Assembly: GCA_949358305.1 (NCBI GenBank)
Contig: OX442314.1
Location: 5,642,001-5,706,000 of the forward strand
Reading direction: 5' to 3'
Length of the DNA: 64,000 bases
Origin: Strigamia acuminata
Lineage: Eukaryota
Shown: one piece after another, positions 10,994-23,848 of the stretch
How positions within the stretch are numbered: the first letter of the stretch is position 1
Layout: each line of letters begins with the position of its first letter
The notes under the pieces: generated by a model
The model's database searches: none
What the model saw: the letters and a program-made list of their open reading frames with translations, nothing else
Told to the model about the DNA's origin: nothing
Translations under genes and position numbers: made by a program

Positions 10994-12727
10994 GGGGCGC
11001 ATTTAGAGTCGCGAAAAAACGAATCGCGAATCCGGAAATCGCGAAATTTTTTGCTGTTAGACAGCATAACGCGAATCTAATGTACCGCGAATCCGTAAAT
11101 CGCGATTCGCGATTCAATTGCACACGTAATTAAATCGCGAATCGCGAATTGTGTATCCGCGAATCTGATGTACCGCGAATCCGTAAATCGCGAATCTAAT
11201 GTACCGCGAATCGCGAATTGTATATCGCGATTTAATTGCAAACGATACGAGACGAACACGAGAATGGGAAGGAGACGAGAACGTCTCAGTAACGTTTTAT
11301 TGTAAATAGCCAATAGGAGCTGACGATTGTACTACATAACCAGTTTGAATTACAAATAAAGGTCACTTTGAATTAAAACTACAGATCGCTTTGAATTAAA
11401 ACTACAGATCGCTTTGAATTAAAACTACAGATTGCTTTGAATTAAAACTACAGATTGCTTTGAATTAAAACTACAGATCGCTTTGAATTAAAACTACAGA
11501 TCGCTTTGAATTAAAACTACAGATCGCTTTGAATTAAAACTACAGATCGCTTTGAATTAAAACTACAGATCGCTTTGAATTAAAACTACAGATCGCTTTG
11601 AATTAAAACTACAGATCGCTTTGAATTAAAACTACAGATCGCTTTGAATTAAAACTACAGATCGCTTTGAATTAAAACTACAGATCGCTTTGAATTAAAA
11701 CTACAGATCGCTTTGAATTAAAACTACAGATCGCTTTGAATTAAAACTACAGATCGCTTTGAATTAAAACTACAGATCGCTTTGAATTAAAACTACAGAT
11801 CGCTTTGAATTAAAACTACAGATCGCTTTGAATTAAAACTACAGATCGCTTTGAATTAAAACTACAGATCGCTTTGAATTAAAACTACAGATCGCTTTGA
11901 ATTAAAACTACAGATCGCTTTGAATTAAAACTACAGATCGCTTTGAATTAAAACTACAGATCGCTTTGAATTAAAACTACAGATCGCTTTGAATTAAAAC
12001 TACAGATCGCTTTGAATTAAAACTACAGATCGCTTTGAATTAAAACTACAGATCGCTTTGAATTAAAACTACAGATCGCTTTGAATTAAAACTACAGATC
12101 GCTTTGAATTAAAACTACAGATCGCTTTGAATTAAAACTACAGATCGCTTTGAATTAAAACTACAGATCGCTTTGAATTAAAACTACAGATCGCTTTGAA
12201 TTAAAACTACAGATCGCTTTGAATTAAAACTACAGATCGCTTTGAATTAAAACTACAGATCGCTTTGAATTAAAACTACAGATCGCTTTGAATTAAAACT
12301 ACAGATCGCTTTGAATTAAAACTACAGATCGCGGAGTCAGCTACGTTGTTGTTAGTTTACAGAATGATTGTTAGTTTACAGAATCATCAGCCCGCAGCTG
12401 CCGGCTGATGATTCGGATTGTCCCGTTAATCTACTGCCGACACTAATCGGCAGCTGACGACTGTTAGCTAACGACTGCTGGCTGTCAGCCGGCGACCTTT
12501 GACCGTCAGATGACGATGTTTGGTCGACAGCTGACGATTGCCAACTGGGTTGTTTCCCTTTTTCGCGTTATATTTTTCGCGATATATTTTTTCGCGTTTT
12601 AATTTTTTCGCGTTTTAGTTTTTTCGCGATATATTATATTCGCGATATATTTCATTTGAGTTTGTAATCGCGAAAATCGCGATTCCTGGATTCGCGATGT
12701 ATTTTTTCGCGACAGTAGCGCCCCACC
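10994..12727. mobile_element. Non-autonomous TIR element (GG..CC ends, 8-bp TSD; Merlin/MULE-like) carrying a minisatellite
   Basis: TSD ATCCTAAG (10986-10993 and 12728-12735); imperfect TIR GGGGCGC..GTCGCGAAAAAA; TCGCGA-rich subterminal repeats. Confidence 0.7.
11366..12332. repeat. 23-bp minisatellite, about 42 copies
   Basis: Unit GCTTTGAATTAAAACTACAGATC, nearly invariant (two C>T variants near the left end). Confidence 0.97.
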
Positions 12728-13191
12728 ATCCTAAGAAGGGCTAACAAGTAGGGGGGGGCTGCGCTCCCCCTTGACCCCCCGCGAACCTAACCTTACTGGT
12801 TTTTTTATGCAAACCACTTTTTTGAGCCGGCTTGTCGCGGTAAATCGTGTCGCGTCGCTAAAACGTGTCGATCACTATTGGAAAATTACTTTATTGTCGC
12901 TAAAACGTGATCGCTAAAATGAGACTTTTTTGTAAAAATCGCTAAAATGAGCATCACTAAAATGACTATAACCGACTCCCATTGAATCACATGGGAAAGT
13001 TATTCAATGACGTCACGTTCAAACACGTTCAAACACGAAACGAGTTTTGCATACGTTTTAGAGTTTTTGAATGCACCTACTTCTTCATCAAGTGCAACAC
13101 GGAAAAATCTGTTTTCACACTTATCCATCAGTGCAGCTGCGGAATAAGTGTGAAAACTGCTTCAGAAAATTGACTTTCTACTGTTTTCTAG

Positions 13192-13253
13192 AAAATACAA
13201 ACAACCTAATAGTTCCTCTCGTTTTTGGATTTGAATTTCTAATTCCTTCAGAA
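13192..13253 (+). CDS. DEG/ENaC gene A candidate exon (subunit 2)
   Basis: ttttctag|...|gtatgt; phase 1 to 0 fits neighbours; ENTNNLIVPLVFGFEFLIPSE. Confidence 0.55.
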
Positions 13254-13423
13254 GTATGTAACCGGAATATAAAGGTATTGTAAAAGCTAAAATCATTAGA
13301 GAGAAAAATGCTTCAACAAAGAAGGGCTAGAGTCCGATCGACTGGATTCCTATTCACCCACAGGGTGACTAGATTTGGTGAATGAAAAACCTGGACAACA
13401 CACAATTTCTCAAAACATTAGTG

Positions 13424-13790
13424 TGACTGCTTGGCCACCCAAGGGTGACCTGTGTCACTGCCACACACTGCCCAATGGCCCCAAAGTCATCCCTATCTCG
13501 CGGAGTAGTACGACCTAGTGAAGGAAAGGAGAGAGCTGAGTGATATGTGGAGATAAGAGCATTGGGTTTCAACCGAGACAGACAAGTAAGACAAGTCCTG
13601 TGAAGTCGTGCTCTGTGCTGCTCCTGCTCTCCTCCCTATTCACCACTGTGACGCTCAGTGGTGAGATGTCAGATCTACCACAGCCTCTATGAGTGGTTGC
13701 ATGGGCCGTACAGGTAAGTACCCCAAAATAATAAAAGCCAATTGACCACTTCGTACATGGGGATAAGCTCCCTGTGTGTGATGGGTTGGT
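13424..13790. repeat. Unclassified structured interspersed repeat, copy 1
   Basis: Colinear conserved blocks with 26564-26916 (TTGGCCACCC, CACCACTGTGACGCTCAGTGG, CATGGGyCGTACrGGTAAGTAC, CCCTGTGTGTGA). Confidence 0.65.
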
Positions 13791-14391
13791 AGCAAACGGG
13801 TTGTCACAACCTGAATATCAATGGCAAAACTTGGCTAAAATGTGCAGAGAGACCACACCTGTGTCCGCCATATTTTAATGTACGGAAAACATGTGAAAAG
13901 TACACGTTTGGAAGCTAGTTAGCCTCAATAACATTACAATCAATACAAAAAGAACAAAGCAATGTTAGTTAATCATTGCTTTGTTCTTTACACCGAAAAG
14001 AAAACAATTATCATTTTACAAGTTAGATGCAGACGACAATATCAAATATACTCAAAAGTAAACGTTTAAACAGGAATGTGCCAGATAATTAGTCACAACA
14101 TTAGGGCACTTATTTATTATGAGATTGTAACTAATAATCATGATGCACTTTTGATGTAAACCTTCTATTAGGCCCTCCCATATGGTTCAAAAATGTATTT
14201 CAATTAAATTAATGACAATTTCAATATGTGATTCAATCAGGTATTGAATTTTAATTTAATTTTAATGTGCATCACCAAGTGCAATCTAAAGTGAACTCCA
14301 AATCTGTATCATTAAGTTGAATGCATCAATTTTCTCTTCCCTAAAGTAAAACACAAAGTCACCTAATTTTGAATTATATAATATTACTCAG

Positions 14392-14487
14392 TTATTCCTA
14401 AATAACATGAAAAGGGAAGTTAACTTTCTTGAATCATTGCCTACAGTCTATGGATGGATGAATAGTGCAATACTTCGAGTAATTACG
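14392..14487 (+). CDS. DEG/ENaC gene A candidate exon (subunit 2)
   Basis: ttactcag|...|gtaact; phase 0-0, 96 nt, open; size matches the 93-nt counterpart in subunit 1. Confidence 0.55.
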
Positions 14488-14565
14488 GTAACTAATTATA
14501 AATATAATATACTGTACTATGAACACATTACATCATGTTTACACTGACCTTGATTTTATTAATAG

Positions 14566-14675
14566 ATTGTGCGAAGAAATGCAAAGCGTAATCCATGTGA
14601 AGAAAACAAAACTGCTTATTTGGCGTGCAAAAAGGCTTGCATGAAAAACAATTTATTTAGAAGTATTAACTGCAG
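14566..14675 (+). CDS. DEG/ENaC gene A exon (subunit 2 thumb cysteines)
   Basis: aatag|IVRRNAKRNPCEENKTAYLACKKACMKNNLFRSINC(R)|gt; phase 0-2. Confidence 0.8.
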
Positions 14676-14949
14676 GTGTGGTTAAATAGTTGATTTTATT
14701 TTATTCACATCTCAGTGTTGATTTTCTGTATTAGCAAGCCTGTCTACAACTATTCACAAATCTATAGCGTATTTTGCGGAATTTAAGACGGGCTTTTCTT
14801 TACTTAGAAAAGTCAACCAAATATTTGTGCGTGTTTTATTGTAGCAAATCAGGGAATTCCATAAAATTAAGTCAGGGTTTCCCACGAGAATAAATCGAGG
14901 AATTGTGAAAATAATAATTAAAAATAAAATTTAAGAATTTTTTTTAATG

Positions 14950-15899
14950 TGTCATGTCGTATTCGACTTTTGAACAATGGTTCTGGAAATTTAGAACTTC
15001 CAAAGGTTTGTGTAACCAGAAAATTTAGGTTAGGCGCCGCAACTCTTAATACTTTGCCGGGGGTGGTAGCTAGGTTAACACATCATCTGTTCGTGAAATC
15101 TGTATTTTATGAGTGCAGGATATCAGCCCGGGCGCCGAGCAAAATGGCGAATGTTGATATTCGTATTGAGATCGTAATATCGTTCTTCAATAAGGGAAAA
15201 TGTTGTCACTCGCTAGGCGCTCTTATGAAGAGAATATTTCTTCTCCTGGACACGCGCAAACGTTGGGTGAACGCGAATACAGGTACCAAAACGCAGACAA
15301 TGTCGTCGAACCGTTGAAAATGAAATGAATACGCAATTGAGACGGCATGCAATTCAAAATGTCTAGGCTGAGGAGGACCGTTGAATACCCCGTTTCTCCC
15401 GTAAATTATACGCAAATACGGGCAAATAATAAATGTAGCGGTCAGATAGCCAACCATGAGAATTCGGGCTGCACAATGGCCGTATGAAGACAGGAGACGT
15501 TAACTCGTCGAAGGCAAAAATTATTCTGAATATTCTTAACAATTTGGTAAAACAAGTCACCTCCGATCAAATGGCCAAGTCTATTTCCAAAAGAAAAATG
15601 GACAAGAACAGGTGGTCAGAGGGAAATATGTAAATTTTTAGAGCGCGAATGCGTCAATTTATGGCAAAATTCTCATGAATGTCTGGATGGGGTGAGTATA
15701 ACTAGGCTAAATTAAGGATAAATGATAAAAATAGAGGAAATAAAATAAAACAAAATAATAAATTTGGATTTAGGAGAAAACGAAATTATTTAGAAGAATC
15801 AAAACAATTTCTTAATAAAAATGAGAAAAATCAGAGAAAAGGTGCAAATTGCGCTTAAAATTTTGAAAATTTCCACTGTCTAAAATCAGGACCGTGACA
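14950..15899 (-). mobile_element. Solo LTR related to the Gypsy-3 LTR
   Basis: TG..CA ends, 4-bp TSD AATG, diverged reverse complement of 46909-47951. Confidence 0.9.
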
Positions 15900-16048
15900 A
15901 ATGATAACATTATTTTTTATAAAAATTGTCTCTGTGTCTTTTCTTCCGTAAAATACAGTTTTCATTTTTTTCATTGAGTACATTTTTATTTATTTTTTAT
16001 GTTTTGTTGTCATTTATTTGTTGACTAAAAGTTAATTCTTATTTACAG

Positions 16049-16427
16049 ATTACCGTACATGTCAGCATCTAATTTGCCAGATTGCAACACTACAAAAGCT
16101 GTTACTACCGCTCATCGAATGTACTTCAATAACTACGACTCGAATCAAAAAGAGTGCAAATGTAAACGACCTTGCGAAAATATTTTTTACCAAACTATGT
16201 TGTATGGGAGTAAGTTACCAGTTGACTACATTACGTTTATCACTGTTCGATTAGCTGATAGTTTCACCGAGAACATAGAAGAGAACGAGAAATATCCAAT
16301 TTCACAATTATTAAGCGATATCGGCAGCATTCTAGGATTAACTTTGGGAATGTCATTATTATCGTTCTACATTTGCATTCTAAACACTTTTAATTGGTTC
16401 AGAGTCTGTTTGGTAAATCCTCGTTAA
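16049..16427 (+). CDS. DEG/ENaC gene A terminal exon (subunit 2 thumb, TM2, stop)
   Basis: tttacag|; LPYM..LPDC..CKCKRPC..EENEKYPISQLLSDIGSILGLTLGMS..stop. Confidence 0.9.
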
Positions 16428-17839
16428 TTTGTGGCATTGTCTACAATTTTCAATTCACAAATTCACAATTACACAATTTCAGACGATTTTTCCAAATTTT
16501 TCAAATTGCCATTACATTTCGATTTGCAAAAACTATTTTGTGATGAGTCAAATGCCTTTTGAACCTCCAGCACATCTCACAATCTAAACTCCACAGCAAA
16601 GGCACAAATAATCGTAAAAGTAAAAATTCATTTAGACTTCCGTATTTTATTTCATTGTACGATGTAATTGTACGTTTAAGCATTAATAAATCAGCTTCGT
16701 TTTCGTGTTGTTTCATTGCGGTGCCAGCATCTGTTCTTTATCATTAAAAAAAAACTAGAAACGCATTTTTTTCTGTGAAGGACAGGACACCTAAATCAGC
16801 TACGGTCGAGTCGTTTCTGCCACGAGGTTGCCAATTTTATATCGCCCACCGGAAGTTGTAAAAATAATTTAAAGAGTTGTAAAATTTATCTGACCTACTT
16901 GTTGGGTGTATTTTGTACCAAGGAATTGATTGCCATTGATGGTTTGGTGGTCCTAAATGATCTTGAAGGTTTCTGAGACCACGTACATCTCGAGGGAGAT
17001 TTTTCGGCCATTAGCGTCTACCTCGCACCTTTGATGACGTCAGATATCCAGAATTTGGGGTTTAACTAAAATTACAAGTGATTTTAAGATCTGCAAGATA
17101 ACGATTAAATGTTTCTATTAATTATAGTATTATTTGATGTTTTGAAATAATGAATAGACCGGGCTTGAGATTCCCGAGATGCGTGATTGGTTGAAACTTG
17201 TTCTACGCCTATTCGTTAAACACATCTCGTTGAAATCGGTCTAAAGAATTTCTAGGGGTTTTTGAGGTAACCTATCATTTTCTACGAGTTGTTATTTTGG
17301 ACCTGATGACAGCTCGTTTTCCTGTAATTAAAGAATTAATCGCTAATTTAGTTGGATCTTTTTTGCGTTCACAAATCGTTTGGAGTGGTTGAAGCAGGAT
17401 TGGAGTTGTTATTTTGCCAAAAGTTGATAAAAATTGAGAGGGAATAAATGGTACGTGTGGTTTGATGAAAACTTTGTTGTTATTTTGTGTCACCTGGTCC
17501 AATGTATTTGAAATCCCGTATGAGGGTCTCCCACCGCCAGGGGGAGTTGTATGACTGTACCACTGACCCATCACGTGACTTCCGGTGACGTTGCGGGGAC
17601 GTGCAGATCGTTGCAATAACGTGCAGCTGAATAAATGAAGTATATCAGCAACAATTCATGCCATCTCAACTCATTCAATTCCAACAAAGGGTTATGGGCA
17701 CAGCATCCTCAAACTGCGTGAGTTTTTGATTCGCCAAAAACACTTTTCGGGCATTTTCAACGTATCTATCGCTGACCGGACCACGAGACGTTAGGCCCAA
17801 ACCAAACACGTGGTAGATCACGAAATCCAAGATCGAAAA

Positions 17840-20800
17840 ATGACGGAAAGAGAAAATTCGAGGATCGAGAAGCTGGAGTAGTATATATCTTACTAAATAA
17901 TTAAACTGTAATGGAGCATGCAAAATAACGTGACCGTTGGTGCTGCTGAGATTTACATAACTGACTAGTTTATTCAAAGATAGGAGGCGCTGTAGTAGCA
18001 GCGTCACAAAATATAACAATGGTCAAGACTGACCAATGGAGTGCGAGACACTCCAGTATCCCCTCAATTGTGGAATGGGGGAAGGAACAATTTAGAACAG
18101 TGAAATCAATTGATCTACAAGGATGCAATGTAATTAAAGTGGGTTTAAAAACAATCAATTAAACAATGAATTAAAAGGTAACAAGTAACATGCATTGGAG
18201 TGAAGACACTCCATCATCCCCTCAATTGTGAACCAACTAGGGGAGCAATTAGTAAATTCAAAGTAACAGTTTGACATGAAATGCAAATTTAAATTGAACA
18301 ATAAAATACTTGGATTTTAAAACTACTGAATTATGCACGAAATAAAACTTGTAAAATTGAACATAACATGAATTTTGATTCCAACAATGAATGCAATTAA
18401 ACAATGACATGCCAACATGATACATAAACAATAGTTGAATGAACTAGCTTGATTAATTAGCAGCTAGACGGGAGACGGAAAGGAAGTCGAAATGATTCTC
18501 TCCTTCACTCACAAGAAGCCTGAACAACAGAGAGCTAAATGTGGCCCCGTGCCCAACGCGTGCGGTAGCGTTTTGATGGGCGAAAAGTGCGGCTAGACCA
18601 ACGATGGTCCGTGACATCACCTGCGATGCACACGCCGGCACAAGGATTCAACAACTTCGGCTGGTCCTGAGCAAACTTCATTTCAGACTGACTGATGATG
18701 GTTTGCTGAATGGCTGACTGGTGAGCCTGAGCGAACTTCATTTCAGACTGACTGATGATGGTTTGCTGAATGTAGACACAACTCAACCCGTGGAGTTGAT
18801 CAAAATAGTTGCAGTGCTCTGAACGCAGCTGCAACAAAATGGCGAAATCTGCAGCGGATTCCACCTGTCCCTGCACTCGGGTGTTAAAATGTCGACCGCG
18901 AGGAGGGGTTTTGAGTGCTGTTAATCGGCCTTCAACGTGGCGAGGGCAGCGAACGTCATCTGCACAAGCTTCATTGGAAAACAGGTTAGCCAGACGTGTG
19001 TACGGCAGCCCGCCGACGATGCACAGCAAAACAACCACTTTCTTCGTGTCATTGGTGATGCCACTGCACACGAAAAAGCAGTCCAACTGGTCAATGTAGT
19101 GGGTCCAGTTATTCTTGATGCAATATGGTTGCAGTGAACCGATACTTGAAGCGATCACAGAAGTTTTGCATGAAAAAGGCTTACATGGAAGTAGGCCTAA
19201 CGGCATGGTCACGGCGTGGTCACGGCGTGGTCACGGCGTGGTCAAGGGTCCGAAACAGCACTCAACACGAATTTTAAGCGATTTTGTACATTACAGTTCG
19301 TGAGGTATTACAAGTTGATCCGTTTTGCATGGCGATTTTCTTGAGAACACCGGAACAGTGTTAAACCTAACGTGTGGTCAGCGTGGTCAGCGTGGTCAGG
19401 CGTCCGAAAAGTGTCCAAAAAGTATCCAAAATTCACCAGTTTTGCAAAAATCGATTCGGTAGCATGGATTGGTATTCCATCTCGTCGCCAATTAGTATAT
19501 ATCTTACTAAATAATTAAACTGTAATGGAGCATGCAAAATAACGTGACCGTTGGTGCTGCTGAGATTTACATAACTGACTAGTTTATTCAAAGATAGGAG
19601 GCGCTGTAGTAGCAGCGTCACAAAATATAACAATGGTCAAGACTGACCAATGGAGTGCGAGACACTCCATGGAGGATGAGAACTACGCCACATGGGCGTT
19701 CAAAATGCGAGTTTACCTGCGAAAATCGGAATGGTGGACGGTAATTGTCGACGAGCCGCCAGTGAACGGGGCTTTAGCAGCGAGAAACGCGTGGCGTGGC
19801 AAAGACGAAAAAGCGATGAACGCGATCGTGCAGTCATTATCACCTGCCCAGACCGTCTATGTCATTAACAAAGACACGGGACGCGAATGCTGGGAGAAAC
19901 TGGAAGAAGTGCACCGAGGACGAGCGAGGCAGCGGCAGACCATTTTGCGGAGAGAACTGACCAAGATTCGATGGGAGAAAGCGGAGACGGCCACAAAGTT
20001 TCTACAGCGCGTGGAGTCGACGGTAAACCAGTTGCGAGCGGTTGGAGGCAAAATTTCGGAGCAGGAAGTGGGTACAATGATTATTCAAAACCTGCCGAAA
20101 GAGTACTACAGTATTCCGAGGGCATTCGATATGTGCGACGACAATGCCGTGACGATGGTGAAGCTGCGCCACATGATACTGCAGGAAGAGTCGCGCCAGA
20201 CGGGTGACGACGAGGTGTACGATAGGCTGCACAAAGTTAGTTTGTCGCAACGCACGAACGGCAACGATCGGGGCAGTGAACGCAACAGTGAAGGAAGCGG
20301 CGAGCAGAGCGGTGAACGCAGACGAGATTTGAAGCACGTGAAGTGCTACAACTGCCAGAAGTTCGGGCACATAGCGAGAAATTGTCGGAGCCAAGCGGGA
20401 ACCGAAAACGAGCACGATGCAGACCGCAACAAGCCAAAGCAGAACGCCAAGAAGGAGCAGCAGCCAGACGCGACCGTCAGGGCTGTGAAAACTAATCAAT
20501 TTGTTTTTCAGATTAAGACCGAGGGACGAGAATGAAACCTCGACTCAGGAGCGACACGACACATGACGGCAAGTTGGGATTTCTTCGAGACGTTTACGGC
20601 CAACGACGGAAGTCGCAAAGTAACGCTAGCCGACGGTCGAAAAATTTCCATTATGGGGAGCGGAAACGTGCGGTTAACGACGGACGATGCGGATCTGGTT
20701 GCGAAGGACGTGCTGTATATTCCCGATTTGTGCGACAACCTGATTTCGGTGCCGAGACTAGACGAGGCAGAGCTACGAATTGTTTTTGGAGGCGGAATGT

Positions 20801-21306
20801 GCTCGATTTCATGCGGGGATCGAGTGATCATGACCGCGACGAAGATAGGCGACGTGTATCGATTAAATGTAGAGACCGTAGTAAATGAGAGCATGGCTAC
20901 ACACTCGAAAACGCAAGAAGGTGCCATGTGTGCATTCGTAACTAAGAACGAAGGAGCAGTTACGGAGGAAATGCAGCCACAAAATAGCGGAGCGGACGAC
21001 GATGAAGTACGTAGCGACGTAGATGACACGTGGAGCATGGACGACCGTACGAAGAGCGACTTGGACGAGAAGAGTGCCCAACTTGATGCAAAACTCGCGG
21101 CACTCGATGCGAAATTGGCCAAAGTTGATGTGAAACTGGGCGAACTTGATGCGAGAGAAGCGAGACTGGATGCCAAAGTGGCTGAAATTAATAATATATT
21201 TGATAGGTTTGACGCAAGCAAGAAAATCGAGCAGTGTGAAATCGTGTCATGCGGAGAAGCGCAACACAACGGGCACGAGAAGGAATTGAGAGAAGGGCAA
21301 AATTGA
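17840..21306 (+). pseudogene. gag: Copia gag-protease ORF disrupted by an insertion (17879-19669) and an in-frame TGA (20533)
   Basis: MTERENSRIEKLE|DENYATWAFKM rejoins after removing the insert; E*NLDSGATRHMT suggests TGG>TGA; ORFs 19633-20535 and 20563-21306 share a frame. Confidence 0.85.
17879..19669 (-). mobile_element. 1.8-kb non-autonomous Gypsy-derived LTR element nested in the Copia gag
   Basis: Identical 177-bp LTRs (17879-18055, 19493-19669), TSD TGGAG, PBS TGGCGACGAG, PPT GAGGGGATAC, degenerate gag remnant 18535-19212. Confidence 0.88.
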
Positions 21307-23848
21307 GAAGAATCGAGGTCGAGTGGTTTTGGCTAATAATATCTGAGCGTGGATTGTGTTTTTGAAATTGTTTAATCGTATTGATGGAGTTTTGTTTACA
21401 AGTGTGATATGTTTTAAATAAGTGTATTTTATTGATTTTTCTTTTTGCTATATTACAAGTGTATTTTTGAATTTGTTTGTGTTTAATTTGACATTACATT
21501 TTAAGGGATTTATTTTTGAGTTTTACACATTGATCAGGTGAAGAAGGTGTGTGTTGTTATTTTGTGTCACCTGGTCCAATGTATTCCAAATCTCGTGTAA
21601 GGGTCTCCCACCACCAGGGGGAGTTGTATGTATCACTGACCGATCACGTGACTTCCGGTTACGTTGTGGGGACGTGGAGATCGTTGAAATAACGTGCGAG
21701 CTGAATAAACGAAGTATATCAGCAACAATCAATGCCATCTCCTCTCATTTAACAACAACAAACTTAACAGAAGTGGTTTTATTTTACTAAGTTTGGGGGT
21801 CTTGAAAGTGAATTCAGAGAAAGCCCCCAGACACAACACATATTTCCCTGACAGATCTATTCATTGATGTTAGATGTTAGATTTAACTAATAAAACATCC
21901 TAAAAAAATAATAAAACCACTAAAAACACCAAAATAACAACAAAAACACCAAAAATAATTTTTTTTAAATCAGTTGCGTCTTTGTAAGATGATGTTGCAG
22001 AAAACGGTTTCTTTGCCGTAGAAGGTTTCAAAACAATCGACGAGAACGAGCGATTGTTCAACCGACAAAAGATAAGGATAAACGAAAGAAACCGTATACA
22101 GGACACGAAGGAAATATTTTGCGAGGAAAACTGAGTGAAAACAATACAGCAACTCGGAACCAACAGAGGGGCGAGATGCGTTCTTCAAACGAGAAGGGCA
22201 AAATTGAGAAGAATCGAGGTCGAGTGGTTTTGGCTAATAATATCTGAGCGTGGATTGTGTTTTTGAAATTGAGATTGTGTTTTTGAAATTGGAGTTTTGT
22301 TTACAAGTGTGATATGTTTTAAATAAGTGTATTTTATTGATTTTTCTTTTTGCTATATTACAAGTGTATTTTTGAATTTGTTTGTGTTTAATTTGACATT
22401 ACATTTTAAGGGATTTATTTTTGAGTTTTACACATTGATCAGGTGAAGAAGGTGTGTGTTGTTATTTTGTGTCACCTGGTCCAATGTATTCCAAATCTCG
22501 TGTAAGGGTCTCCCACCACCAGGGGGAGTTGTATGTATCACTGACCGATCACGTGACTTCCGGTTACGTTGTGGGGACGTGGAGATCGTTGAAATAACGT
22601 GCGAGCTGAATAAACGAAGTATATCAGCAACAATCAATGCCATCTCCTCTCATTTAACAACAACAAACTTAACAGAAGTGGTTTTATTTTACTAAGTTTG
22701 GGGGTCTTGAAAGTGAATTCAGAGAAAGCCCCCAGACACAACACATATTTCCCTGACAGATCTATTCATTGATGTTAGATGTTAGATTTAACTAATAAAA
22801 CATCCTAAAAAAATAATAAAACCACTAAAAACACCAAAATAACAACAAAAACACCAAAAATAATTTTTTTTAAATCAGTTGCGTCTTTGTAAGATGATGT
22901 TGCAGAAAACGGTTTCTTTGCCGTAGAAGGTTTCAAAACAATCGACGAGAACGAGCGATTGTTCAACCGACAAAAGATAAGGATAAACGAAAGAAACCGT
23001 ATACAGGACACGAAGGAAATATTTTGCGAGGAAAACTGAGTGAAAACAATACAGCAACTCGGAACCAACAGAGGGGCGAGATGCGTTCTTCAAACGAGAA
23101 GGGCAAAATTGAGAAGAATCGAGGTCGAGTGGTTTTGGCTAATAATATCTGAGCGTGGATTGTGTTTTTGAAATTGTTTAATCGTATTGATGGAGTTTTG
23201 TTTACAAGTGTGATATGTTTTAAATAAGTGTATTTTATTGATTTTTCTTTTTGCTATATTACAAGTGTATTTTTGAATTTGTTTGTGTTTAATTTGACAT
23301 TACATTTTAAGGGATTTATTTTTGAGTTTTACACATTGATCAGGTGAAGAAGGTGTGTGTTGTTATTTTGTGTCACCTGGTCCAATGTATTCCAAATCTC
23401 GTGTAAGGGTCTCCCACCACCAGGGGGAGTTGTATGTATCACTGACCGATCACGTGACTTCCGGTTACGTTGTGGGGACGTGGAGATCGTTGAAATAACG
23501 TGCGAGCTGAATAAACGAAGTATATCAGCAACAATCAATGCCATCTCCTCTCATTTAACAACAACAAACTTAACAGAAGTGGTTTTATTTTACTAAGTTT
23601 GGGGGTCTTGAAAGTGAATTCAGAGAAAGCCCCCAGACACAACACATATTTCCCTGACAGATCTATTCATTGATGTTAGATGTTAGATTTAACTAATAAA
23701 ACATCCTAAAAAAATAATAAAACCACTAAAAACACCAAAATAACAACAAAAACACCAAAAATAATTTTTTTTAAATCAGTTGCGTCTTTGTAAGATGATG
23801 TTGCAGAAAACGGTTTCTTTGCCGTAGAAGGTTTCAAAACAATCGACG
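21290..23848 (+). repeat. Tandem triplication of an approximately 903-bp unit (Copia 3' UTR, 3' LTR, TSD and flank)
   Basis: Units start at 21290, 22191 and 23096; identical ORF translations repeat in the track; third unit breaks off near 23848. Confidence 0.93.

Larger units (their letters stand above)
7483..12973. mobile_element. Non-autonomous TIR element with ATTTTAGCGA subterminal repeats (second layer)
   Basis: GG..tcattttagcga / cactaaaatgactataaCC ends; imperfect 9-bp TSD cattcccat/gactcccat. Confidence 0.5.
7416..13077. mobile_element. Non-autonomous TIR element (outer layer of a nest)
   Basis: About 48-bp perfect TIR GGTGCATTCAAAAACTCTAAAACGTATGCAAAACTCGTTTCGTGTTTG flanked by TA. 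Confidence 0.8.
17475..21760 (+). mobile_element. Ty1/Copia element, non-autonomous (gag and protease only)
   Basis: LTRs 17475-17686 and 21552-21760, TSD AACTT, copia-type PBS GGTTATGGGCACAG, gag IEKL..NYATW, CCHC knuckle, LDSGATRHMT; no integrase, RT or RNase H motifs. Confidence 0.9.

Noticed and set aside
11366..12332. CRISPR array
   Set aside because: Head-to-tail identical units with no spacers, no cas genes, eukaryotic context
13424..13790. Known ncRNA (RNase P/MRP, SRP, 7SK) or hammerhead ribozyme
   Set aside because: Diagnostic conserved motifs were not found by eye; left unclassified
14023..14057. Possible extra mini-exon in gene A
   Set aside because: Splice phases did not fit the neighbouring exons
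17879..18055. 177-bp direct repeat read as a duplication of Copia sequence
   Set aside because: PBS, PPT and TGGAG TSD show that it is the LTR of a nested element
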